Below, one piece after another: positions 16,201 through 23,682 of a DNA stretch of 48,476 nt (position 1 is its first letter; every line of letters begins with the position of its first letter). The notes under the pieces were generated by a model that saw only the letters and a program-made list of their open reading frames with translations, searched no databases and was not told the DNA's origin. Source of the stretch: a virus (Duplodnaviria > Caudoviricetes); the IMG/VR virus record IMGVR_UViG_3300037423_001743, positions 1-48,476 of that record. The stretch is one strand, 5' to 3'. The translations under genes and the position numbers were made by a program.

Positions 16201-17899
16201 CGAAACCTCCGGCTACCCGGTGGGTCACCCCGACTACGCGCTGCGCACCGTCCAGCTCGGCGACGAACAAGCCGCTGTGGTGCTCGATCCCGCCGATTCC
16301 GAGCAGGCCGCGGTGATCCGGCAGGCCTTGGAGGCGTGGCCACGATTGCACGCGCACTCCGCGACTGCAGACCTCGTGCCGCTCGTGCACGCCGGCCTGG
16401 TTGGCGAGGCATGGGCGTGGCAGCGGATGCACGACACGGTGATCCCCGCCAAGCTGGCCGACCCGCAGTCCACCAGCAGCGACCCCGGCCTCAAGCAGCT
16501 CGCTGAGGCGGTCCTCAACGGTTCGGCTACTGCACCCACCGCCGACAAGGCACGCGCTGCCCTGTTCAAGGTCAACGGCTGGCTGACCGACACCAAGCCC
16601 ACGACGCCGCTGGAGCGGTCCGGCTGGGCCCAGGTCGACTCGACGTGCGCCACGATGATCCGCTACGCGGCCAGCGACGTGCTCGACACCGCGGCACTCG
16701 CTGTCCGGCTGCCGCAGCCGCCGGCCGAGGTGGTCGAGCGCGAGCGTGCCGTGCAGCGCATCACCGCCCGGGTGGCGTACCGCGGTGTCCGGGTGGACCG
16801 CGACCAGGTCGCCCGTCTCGAGGCCGAGCACACCCCAGCCATGCAGGCCGCCGCTGAGCGGGTCCGCGCGCTGGGTGTCGAGAATCCCGGCAGCGACCGG
16901 CAGCTGGCCGACCGACTGACCGAGCTGGGCGTGACGCTGCCCCGCACCGCGCCGAGCACCCGCCATCCGGAAGGGCAAGCCAGCGTGGCAGCCGGCGTCC
17001 TGGAAGGACTGCGTGACGCACCTGAGCGGGCCGTAGAGCTGATTTCAGCCGTCCTGGACTACCGGCACCACGAGACCGTCCTGACGACGTTCCTGGAGCC
17101 GTACCGGGTGCTCTGCGAGGCGGGCGACGGCCGGGCCCGGCCCACGGTCTACACGCTCGGCACCGATACCGGCCGGATGTCCTGCGTGCGGCCCAACCTC
17201 CAGCAGTTGCCGCGGCAGGGCGGCGTGCGCGCGTGCATCACCGCAGACCCCGGCCACGTGCTGGTCTCGGCCGACTTCTCCGGTGTGGAGATCCGGGTGA
17301 TGGCGGCGCTGAGTCAGGATCCCAACCTGGTCAAGATCCTGGCTGAGGGCGCCGATCTGCACGCCATGGTCGCCGAGCAGGCGTTCGGACCGGAGTTCAC
17401 GAAGGCCGACCGGTACACCGCCAAGCGTGGTGTGTTCGGGTGGGCGTACGGCGGTGGTGTCCCGGCGCTGGCCCGCCAGGTGGGCGTCCCCGAGTCGACC
17501 ATGGCCGCCATCGTGGACTCCCTGCAGCTGGTCGCGCCGCAGTACGTGGCCTGGGCCGACGAGGTCAAGCGGCAGGTACGCGCCGGCGCCACCCAGATGC
17601 CCACCTATGCCGGCCGGACCATCCACCTGCCGCGTGAATACCCCCATAAAGCCCCGAATTACTGCATCCAGGGCACGGCCCGGGAACTGCTGGTGGACGC
17701 GCTGCTCGACTGGGATCAGACCCGCTGGGGCGGTGGTGTGGTGCTGCCGGTCCACGACGAGATCGTGGCCGTGGTGCCCGAGCAGGACGCCGAGGAGGCC
17801 ACCACGGCCTTGGTGGGCTGCATGAGCCGTGAGCTCTACGGAATCTCGATCGTTGCGGAGGCGAGCCAACCGGCCTTCGCCTGGCGCGACTCGGCTTGA
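13205..17899 (+). CDS. Multidomain replicase: PrimPol + D5/SF3 helicase + 3'-5' exonuclease + family A DNA polymerase
   Basis: PrimPol LIDFDPRNGG, STPSGGAH; SF3 YGRERSGKT, FIDEG, VMTTN; exonuclease VDVETSG, YAASDV; PolA ADFSGVEIR, RYTAKRGVFGWAYG, PVHDEI; one uninterrupted 1564-codon ORF. Confidence 0.9.
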   Translation: MTPEEMSALDVARQLAAAGIPIFIAQPDSSTKTGYRPPPRWERTVPDPAIVDLWRPGLALCAVMGCGLDLIDFDPRNGGNPSALNGMTPRFHGLASTPSGGAHGFIASLGVGSRDNVLPGIDVKGGTPEGSSRGFAFIAPTVRVSAVTGEPAAYRWVQAPALGQLNGDVSGANLAARIRELRTSTETARGVGGPQWWQDFMAQREPQSAPAAEKAIEEKLAEVVAWTTESGTGFRTILLRAALTLGGYVGGGYLAETDARERLEKAVETVWGTPDTDDLLWIQQGLDDGAVRPFYVFTAEQERTHSEAAQAVAREGEAPPTAEPPAEPPWTVFSALGVEPFDPAGDTSDQGLAKAVAYRMYPALRYAKDAGLWIKRERDVWDECADDMSDWIVSLLAELMPLGETPVPKDVTQRTELHWQAARRATFMSSAGTGKIGRKLRAIIRSDHPASLRISDLDTNPEVLWAGGIPWDLRASGEVPTPAMWVDPNTPHLRTALCAPDPRVMTPRWDAFVAAVLPDPEVRAWALRVLAIALTGYPDAALPILYGRERSGKTSLVEMLVTVLGSYAHAANPKLLSSQDNSHDAIIYDLRGRRLSFIDEGPKRGHDATERLKQLTGGGSLTGRPMRANPVTFTPNHTLVMTTNPEPNLTDPALRARVRLIPCDSPEEVVKPLRVRLLGNGLVTEAPGILAAMMRETAAWLADRDTAATSAAPISIRGLADEIAAGQDPVQEWVETCTVPTTPGTQSRILYSQQFARWHQDHPRYRRLSLPTETAFGRRLTELGYPAARHENANYRPLSVLNGGGHGVTPQPPSTAAFMAPAGGLLEGSWRVLEGSAANPPGVETPAQGTLSDRSLEGLEGFPLLQDTNSQNIEVQKNTQGKVAKPSTLQPSTQKGGLTSDNPADGGLGGNPPETAQATLPGMEAEGPSRRADPTTGRYTKAAQKAAEKEAARRAAAGESVPLPVSVDRAGVIAPLDPVGAATEIVAAGARSGALTVDVETSGYPVGHPDYALRTVQLGDEQAAVVLDPADSEQAAVIRQALEAWPRLHAHSATADLVPLVHAGLVGEAWAWQRMHDTVIPAKLADPQSTSSDPGLKQLAEAVLNGSATAPTADKARAALFKVNGWLTDTKPTTPLERSGWAQVDSTCATMIRYAASDVLDTAALAVRLPQPPAEVVERERAVQRITARVAYRGVRVDRDQVARLEAEHTPAMQAAAERVRALGVENPGSDRQLADRLTELGVTLPRTAPSTRHPEGQASVAAGVLEGLRDAPERAVELISAVLDYRHHETVLTTFLEPYRVLCEAGDGRARPTVYTLGTDTGRMSCVRPNLQQLPRQGGVRACITADPGHVLVSADFSGVEIRVMAALSQDPNLVKILAEGADLHAMVAEQAFGPEFTKADRYTAKRGVFGWAYGGGVPALARQVGVPESTMAAIVDSLQLVAPQYVAWADEVKRQVRAGATQMPTYAGRTIHLPREYPHKAPNYCIQGTARELLVDALLDWDQTRWGGGVVLPVHDEIVAVVPEQDAEEATTALVGCMSRELYGISIVAEASQPAFAWRDSA
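15669..15944. other. Putative replication origin (iterons + AT-rich tract) inside the replicase linker
   Basis: Eleven TGGAGGGT copies in both orientations around an A-rich tract at ~15790-15850. Confidence 0.75.
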
Positions 17900-17915
17900 G
17901 GAGACCGGAGTTACT

Positions 17916-18536
17916 GTGACCCTGCTCGACCAGATCCGGGACGTTGCGGATGCGCTCACCGAACCCCACATCCACAGCGAACCCGTCCGCTACTGGGACA
18001 ACAACCGCAACCCCAAGATCCGCCAGCACCGCACCGTCCAGCCTGGCCTCCTCGCCCAGCTGTACCAATCCGTCATCCCCGTCTTGTCCAGTGCAGAACC
18101 CGCGGCCGGTGGCGTACCGGGCAGCCGGCCACCCCTCGCCGTCGAAGCACTGTCCCGGCACGACACCATCGCGATGGCGGTGTTGCGCTGGTGCCGAAGC
18201 CTCAACCTCACCTTGAGGGTTTCCGTCGAATCCAACGTGCGCGCCCTCGTCGGCGCCGCCGCCACCATGGACAACGACACCGCCCGCGCTCTGCTGTCGG
18301 AGATGCGGCAGTGGCTACGCTGGTGCAACGTCCTCACCGGCTGGGAACGCCTCTACCGCCCAGCCGGCGTCACCTGCCCTGTCGTCGAATGTGGCAAGCT
18401 CAACAGCCTGCGGATCAACCTGACCAGCAGCACCGCCATGTGCCAGGCATGCGGAGCCACCTGGTCCGGTGACGACGGCACCATCACCGTCCTCGGCGCG
18501 CACATACGCGCCGTCACCAATTCCATCCCCGCATAG
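17916..18536 (+). CDS. Zinc-ribbon protein, putative late-gene regulator
   Basis: CPVVEC...CQAC; last early gene before the late promoter. Confidence 0.6.
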   Translation: MTLLDQIRDVADALTEPHIHSEPVRYWDNNRNPKIRQHRTVQPGLLAQLYQSVIPVLSSAEPAAGGVPGSRPPLAVEALSRHDTIAMAVLRWCRSLNLTLRVSVESNVRALVGAAATMDNDTARALLSEMRQWLRWCNVLTGWERLYRPAGVTCPVVECGKLNSLRINLTSSTAMCQACGATWSGDDGTITVLGAHIRAVTNSIPA

Positions 18537-18576
18537 CCCTGAGACGTACCCGACATGCTGCCTGACCTGCGAGGAC

Positions 18577-18604
18577 TTGACAACGGTAAGCGGCCACCTA
18601 CGAT
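18577..18604 (+). promoter_or_regulatory. Putative late promoter
   Basis: TTGACA-16 bp-TACGAT. Confidence 0.6.
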
Positions 18605-18636
18605 CATGCGCAGGTAGGACCAAACTCTTGATCGCC

Positions 18637-18662
18637 AGCCCCGCCATCGAGCGGGGCTTTGT
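18637..18662 (+). terminator. Terminator-like hairpin just downstream of the late promoter
   Basis: AGCCCCGC-CATCGA-GCGGGGCT followed by TTGT. Confidence 0.6.
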
Positions 18663-18701
18663 CGTACCCGAAACCAAGCCCGCCCGCGCGAGGAGCCCGC
18701 C

Positions 18702-19202
18702 ATGCCGCTGACCGCCACGCTCGCCGCGTCCGTCATCGCAGACCAGAGCGCCGCCATCGACCTCGGCACCGTCTCCTTCCCGCTGCGCAAGTACGTGTCC
18801 ATCGCGCTCGCCAACGGCACCGGCGCGAACCAGGCCGACCGGCTCTGGACCGACACCCGTACGGTCGCCGGCTCGGGCACCGACGCCCTCGACCTGGCCG
18901 GCTCGCTCGTCGACGCGTTCGGCACCACGGTCACGTTCGTCAAGCTCAAGGGCGTCCTCATCAGCGCGGCCGCAGGCAACACCAACAACGTGCGGGTGAA
19001 CCGGCCCGCAGCCAACGGTGTGCCGCTGTTCCTCGCCGCGTCCGACGGCATCGACGTGCTGCCCGGCGGCGTGTTCGTGTGGGTCGCGCCCGGCGTCGGC
19101 GTCACCGTGACCGCCGCCACCGCCGACCTGCTGAACGTGGACAACTCCAGCTCCGGCACGTCGGTGACGTACGACATCGTGCTGGTCGGCACCTCGGCCT
19201 GA
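18702..19202 (+). CDS. Beta-rich putative virion (decoration-like) protein
   Basis: RBS GAGGAG; Ala/Gly/Thr/Val-rich beta pattern; first late gene. Confidence 0.55.
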   Translation: MPLTATLAASVIADQSAAIDLGTVSFPLRKYVSIALANGTGANQADRLWTDTRTVAGSGTDALDLAGSLVDAFGTTVTFVKLKGVLISAAAGNTNNVRVNRPAANGVPLFLAASDGIDVLPGGVFVWVAPGVGVTVTAATADLLNVDNSSSGTSVTYDIVLVGTSA

Positions 19203-19208
19203 CCGGTC

Positions 19209-19508
19209 ATGGCTCGAGTCCGGGGGACGACAACAGCGCGGGGCTACGGATACGGGCACCAGCAAGCCCGGGCCCGAGCACTGGCCGGGCTGCACGACGG
19301 CACACCCTGCCCACGCTGCGGTGCCGCGATGTACCGCAACCAGCAGCTCGACCTCGACCACACCGAGGACCGGCAGGGATACCGCGGCCTGGCTCATGCC
19401 AGGTGCAACCGGCAGGCAGGCGGCAAGGCCAAGGCCATGCGCTACCGCAAGCGCAAGCAACAGCCGACAGCGCAGGCGCAACCGACCCGACGCTCACGCA
19501 ACTGGTGA
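19209..19508 (+). CDS. Terminase-associated HNH endonuclease
   Basis: RGYGYGHQ, CPRCG, LDLDH, GLAHARCNR; upstream of TerS. Confidence 0.8.
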   Translation: MARVRGTTTARGYGYGHQQARARALAGLHDGTPCPRCGAAMYRNQQLDLDHTEDRQGYRGLAHARCNRQAGGKAKAMRYRKRKQQPTAQAQPTRRSRNW

Positions 19509-19640
19509 CACAGCGTGGTGGGTAGGGGGGCACCCCCGGCACGGCGAAACGGACATTCTAGACCCCAGCGCAGCAGTCAGGCGTTTCCGTCCGTGACCGC
19601 CGGAGGGTTCTCGTGACATGCGTGACACAGGGGGTGACCT
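19505..19640. other. Candidate cos/packaging region
   Basis: Non-coding gap between HNH and TerS; GGGGG-CA-CCCCC and five GTGAC repeats. Confidence 0.4.
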
Positions 19641-19646
19641 GCAGTA

Positions 19647-20075
19647 ATGCCCGATTCGGCGGCTGAGCGGAAGCGGCGGTCACGCGCGCATGGCCGCGGT
19701 GACCATTCGCTGTGTCTCCCCGAGCGTTGCCGTCACGCACCTGCGTTGCCCGAACCTGATCGGCCCACCGAGGTGCCCCCTCAGTCGATCGGGCTCGCCG
19801 ACGAGTTCCGTGGTGGCATCGAGTTGGCCGTGCAGGCTTATGTGGAGAGCCTCGGCTATGCCCAGGGCGATCCTCGCGCGATCCTCGGCACCATCGCGAT
19901 CCGGCTGGCCAAACGGGTCGACGACTCCGGTGCGGTGCCGGCGGCGGTGCGTGAACTGCGGGTCCTGCTCGCACAGTTGACCGAGGTCCCGAACGGGCCG
20001 GCTGGGCAGGTGGACGAGATCCGCGTGCAGCGAGCGCTCCGCCGTCTCGATGCCCTGATCACCAACGCGGCCTGA
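19647..20075 (+). CDS. terS: Terminase small subunit
   Basis: Position directly upstream of and coupled to TerL; LAKRVDD...AAVRELRVLL helical pattern. Confidence 0.72.
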   Translation: MPDSAAERKRRSRAHGRGDHSLCLPERCRHAPALPEPDRPTEVPPQSIGLADEFRGGIELAVQAYVESLGYAQGDPRAILGTIAIRLAKRVDDSGAVPAAVRELRVLLAQLTEVPNGPAGQVDEIRVQRALRRLDALITNAA

Positions 20076-21532
20076 TGCCGCTCGCGGCGCCGGTGCTGCG
20101 GGGTAATCAGCAGCCGCGGTACCTGATCAAGCCGCAGGCGTTCGCCTCTGCGGCGGTCGAGACGATCGAGCTGGCCGCATCCGTCGGTCTGAAGCTGGAT
20201 CCCTGGCAACAACTATGCATCGACAGCGGCCTGGGCGAGGACCGGTTCGGCGAACTCGTTGCGTTCCTTGTTGCGATCATGGTGCAGCGGCAGAACGGGA
20301 AGGGCGGAATCACCGACGCCCTCGAGCTGGCGTGGCTGTTTCTCTTCGGCGATCACAAGATCATCCATTCGGCGCACCGTGCCGACACCGCCACCGGCGC
20401 TTTCCGCCGGGTTAAGCGGCTGATCGACGGATCGGACGACCTTTCCCGCCGTGTCAAGCGGATGAACGAGTCGTCGGGTGAAGCCTTCATCGAGCTCAAG
20501 AACGGCCAGATGTGCGAGTTCCGCACTCGCGGCCGGGACGGCGGTCGTGGTCTGTCCGCGGGAAAGCTGGTCCTGGACGAGGCACTCGAGATGGAGCTCG
20601 AGGTGATGGCCGATCTGCTGCCGGTGTTGCTGGCCATCGACGGCGCGCAGGTGTGGCTGACCTCGACGCCACCGAAGCTGTACGGCCAGTACCTCACCCA
20701 GCTGCGCAAGCGGGCGTTGAACGGTGAGGCCGAGGGCAACACGGTGTGGGTCGAGTGGTCGAACCCGTCTGGTGTGGATCTTTCGAAGCCTGAGGTTCTG
20801 GCCGCGGTCAATCCTGCGCTCGGGTACCGGCTGACCTTGGCGAAGCTGAACGTATTGCTGCGCGAGCTCGGCCCCGAGCTGTTCGCCAGCGAATGCGGCG
20901 GGATCTGGCCGGAGGAGGAGAACGCGGGCTGGGCCGTCATCTCCAAGGACGCCTGGCAGGCCGCGAGAGTCTCCGTGGAGTCGCAGATCGTCGGCCGTCC
21001 GGCGTTCGGGGTGAGGGTGTCACTGAACCGCAGCTACGCCGCGATCGTTGCAGCGGGCGCGCGGGAGCACGGCGGGAAACAGATCGAGCTCACGGTCAAC
21101 GAGAGCGACGTCGTGGACTTCCGACCCGGCACGGCCTGGGTCGTGCCGCGGTTGAAGGAGCTCGAGAAGCACGACCCGTCGGTGCTGATCATCGACGACA
21201 AAGCGATCGCCGATGAGGCCGAGAACGCCGGCCTGGTCGTGCACCGGGCCACTGCGTCTGACGTCGCCACCGGGCACGCACTGTTGTTCGACGGGATCGC
21301 CGGCCATGACCTCGAGGGTCGGGACGTGCACCATCTTGATCAGCGGGAACTGACCGACGCGGTGAGGGGCGCCGGTGAGCGGAAGATCGGCACCAGCGGG
21401 AAGGCGTGGGCTGCCATCGATCCGGCTGTGGAGATCGTCCCGATCGAAGCCGCGGATCTGGCGCTGTTCGGACATTCGACGCCGCGGGTGCACCGGCCGC
21501 TGGTGTTGGCGCCGTTCGCGTTGTGGGGATGA
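20075..21532 (+). CDS. terL: Terminase large subunit
   Basis: LDPWQ, RQNGK (Walker A), GRGLS, LVLDEA (Walker B), NPALGYR. Confidence 0.92.
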   Translation: MPLAAPVLRGNQQPRYLIKPQAFASAAVETIELAASVGLKLDPWQQLCIDSGLGEDRFGELVAFLVAIMVQRQNGKGGITDALELAWLFLFGDHKIIHSAHRADTATGAFRRVKRLIDGSDDLSRRVKRMNESSGEAFIELKNGQMCEFRTRGRDGGRGLSAGKLVLDEALEMELEVMADLLPVLLAIDGAQVWLTSTPPKLYGQYLTQLRKRALNGEAEGNTVWVEWSNPSGVDLSKPEVLAAVNPALGYRLTLAKLNVLLRELGPELFASECGGIWPEEENAGWAVISKDAWQAARVSVESQIVGRPAFGVRVSLNRSYAAIVAAGAREHGGKQIELTVNESDVVDFRPGTAWVVPRLKELEKHDPSVLIIDDKAIADEAENAGLVVHRATASDVATGHALLFDGIAGHDLEGRDVHHLDQRELTDAVRGAGERKIGTSGKAWAAIDPAVEIVPIEAADLALFGHSTPRVHRPLVLAPFALWG

Positions 21533-21771
21533 GTGGAGGCTCTGCGGTGACGACATATGGGATCCCTATCGACGAGATCACGCGGCAGGCCCGCGAGGTG
21601 TCGCCGGCGCGGACGATACTGACCTGGATCGGCGCGGTGCTGTTCGCGTTGGGCTGGGTGCTGCACAAGACGTTCATGGTGCTGTGGCTCGCGGGTGCGT
21701 GGGCGTTCGTGGCGATCCGGGAAGGTTGGCGCGAGGCCGGCAGGACACGGGTGAGCCGTGGCACTGGTTGA
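21529..21771 (+). CDS. Small membrane protein between TerL and portal
   Basis: Hydrophobic ILTWIGAVLFALGWVL and FMVLWLAGAWAFVAI; start may be GTG 21547. Confidence 0.65.
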   Translation: MSGGSAVTTYGIPIDEITRQAREVSPARTILTWIGAVLFALGWVLHKTFMVLWLAGAWAFVAIREGWREAGRTRVSRGTG

Positions 21772-23122
21772 TCGGATCAACTCCGGGCTCGCCGACCTGC
21801 GGCACCGCGACGGGCAACTGTCGCTGAACGACTGGGCCGACTACTTCTCGTTCGGCGGGAACTCGTACCCGGTCATGCAGACCACCATGGGTGGGGTTGA
21901 CCGGGAGTCGGTTGGCGCGACGTCGGTCGCTGGGTTCAAGGGCAACGGGCCGATATTCGCGCTGGTGCTGGCGCGCCTGCAGGCGTTCTCGCAGGTCCGG
22001 TTCCAGTGGACCAGGTTCCAGGGCTCACAGCCGACGGACCTGTTCGGTACTCCGGAGTTGGGCGTGTTGGAGCGGCCGTGGCCGGGTGGGACGACCTCCG
22101 ACCTGCTGGCCCGGATGGAGATCCACGCGTCCGCGGCGGGCTGCGCCTACGTGACCCGGCCGCGACGTGATCGGCTGTCGATGCTGCGCCCGGACCGGGT
22201 GACGATTGTCATGGGGTCGGAGACTGACGCGGATGACCCGTCCGAGGCACCGGATGTGGAGATCGCCGGTTTCATCCACACCACCAGTCACGGCAAGATG
22301 ACCTTCTTCGGCCCGGACCAGGTCGCGTACTACGCGCCGATCCCGGACCCGGACTACCGCTTCCTCGGCATGTCGTGGATCACCCCGGTGATCCGGGATG
22401 TGCAGGCCGATTCGCTGGCCACAGAACACCGGACCCGGTTCTTCTCGAACGCCGCCACACCGAACATGATGATCAGGTTCGATGCGTCGGTCGGGTTGGA
22501 CAGGGTCAAGGAATTCAAGGCGCTGTTCGAGTCGGAGCACAAGGGCGCGTTCAACGCCTGGAAGACCCTCTACCTGGGTGGCGGCGCGGACCCGGTCACC
22601 GTCGGTTCGTCGTTCAAGGACATGGACTACGCGGTGATCCAGGGCCGCGCCGAGTCGCGGCTGGCCGCGGCGGCGGGAGTCCCACCGAGTTGGGTGGGCT
22701 TCGCGGAGGGTCTGTCCGGAAGCTCCCTGAATGCGGGGAATTTCAACTCGGCCCGCCGCCGGTTCTCCGATGGCACCATGGTCCACCTGTGGACGAACGC
22801 GGCGACGTCGCTTGAGGTGCTGCTCGGCCGGCCGCCGGGTGCGTCGCTGTGGTTCGACTCGCGGGTCCCGTTCATGCGGGAAGACGCCGAGGATCTCGCC
22901 GGGATCCAGCAGAAGCAGGCGCAGACGATCGTCGCGCTGGTCAAGGACGGATTCACACCCGAGTCGGCGGTCGCCGCGGTGATGAAGAACGACTTCAATC
23001 TGCTCGTTCACACCGGGCTCATTTCGGTCCAATTGGTCCCTGGTAGCGGGACGGCGCCGTCGCCGAACGGGAACGGCAAGGTCGCAGCGCTCAACGGGAG
23101 TGGACCAGCAGGTAGTCAATGA
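21758..23122 (+). CDS. Portal protein (HK97-like)
   Basis: LRPDRV, GMSWI, FFSNAATP, IA-like LAAAAGVPPSWVG motifs; position after TerL. Confidence 0.9.
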   Translation: MALVDRINSGLADLRHRDGQLSLNDWADYFSFGGNSYPVMQTTMGGVDRESVGATSVAGFKGNGPIFALVLARLQAFSQVRFQWTRFQGSQPTDLFGTPELGVLERPWPGGTTSDLLARMEIHASAAGCAYVTRPRRDRLSMLRPDRVTIVMGSETDADDPSEAPDVEIAGFIHTTSHGKMTFFGPDQVAYYAPIPDPDYRFLGMSWITPVIRDVQADSLATEHRTRFFSNAATPNMMIRFDASVGLDRVKEFKALFESEHKGAFNAWKTLYLGGGADPVTVGSSFKDMDYAVIQGRAESRLAAAAGVPPSWVGFAEGLSGSSLNAGNFNSARRRFSDGTMVHLWTNAATSLEVLLGRPPGASLWFDSRVPFMREDAEDLAGIQQKQAQTIVALVKDGFTPESAVAAVMKNDFNLLVHTGLISVQLVPGSGTAPSPNGNGKVAALNGSGPAGSQ

Positions 23123-23630
23123 GACCCTGGAGTCGCTGGATGTCATCCTTGGCATGACCTAGGGCGCTGTTGCAGTTCATGCAGAGCAACCCTCTGATCT
23201 GCCCCGTGGCGTGGCAGTGGTCAATGTGGAATGATCGTTCCCCCTGCTCGCATCTGCAGGCGGCACAGCGGCCGTCCTGGTCCGCAAGCATCTGGTCGTA
23301 CTGCTCGGCGGTAAGTCCGTAGCGCGCGAATGCGCGAGCGCGTCGCTCGTCGGGGCTCATCGCGGCGTACTTCCGCTTGTTTGCTACCAGCTGCCGATCC
23401 CATTCGGCGCCGGGATTCTCCAGTCGCCATTTTCGGCGGTAGCAGGTGCCGCATAGGTCCTGAGCAAGGACCGGCTTGTCCGGGTGGCATGGGGCCATTC
23501 GCCGTGGCCGCGACTTGTACCTCTCCGGATTGGTCTCCTGCCACCACTTCTGGTAACACGACGCGCATTTTCCACGTGCCCAATGCGGACGGTCGGGGTG
23601 GCATTCGGCCGGACGCTGGGTTTTCGCCAT
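23091..23630 (-). CDS. Endonuclease VII-type HNH homing-like endonuclease
   Basis: YGLTAEQYDQMLADQDGRCAAC, HIDHCHATGQIRGLLCMNCNSALG; two N-terminal CHPD...CxxCY repeats; antisense to the operon. Confidence 0.88.
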   Translation of the reverse strand: MAKTQRPAECHPDRPHWARGKCASCYQKWWQETNPERYKSRPRRMAPCHPDKPVLAQDLCGTCYRRKWRLENPGAEWDRQLVANKRKYAAMSPDERRARAFARYGLTAEQYDQMLADQDGRCAACRCEQGERSFHIDHCHATGQIRGLLCMNCNSALGHAKDDIQRLQGLIDYLLVHSR

Positions 23631-23682
23631 AGCTGCAACTGTACCGAACCTGTGCAACTCCAAAGAAGGTGGCGGTGAGCGG

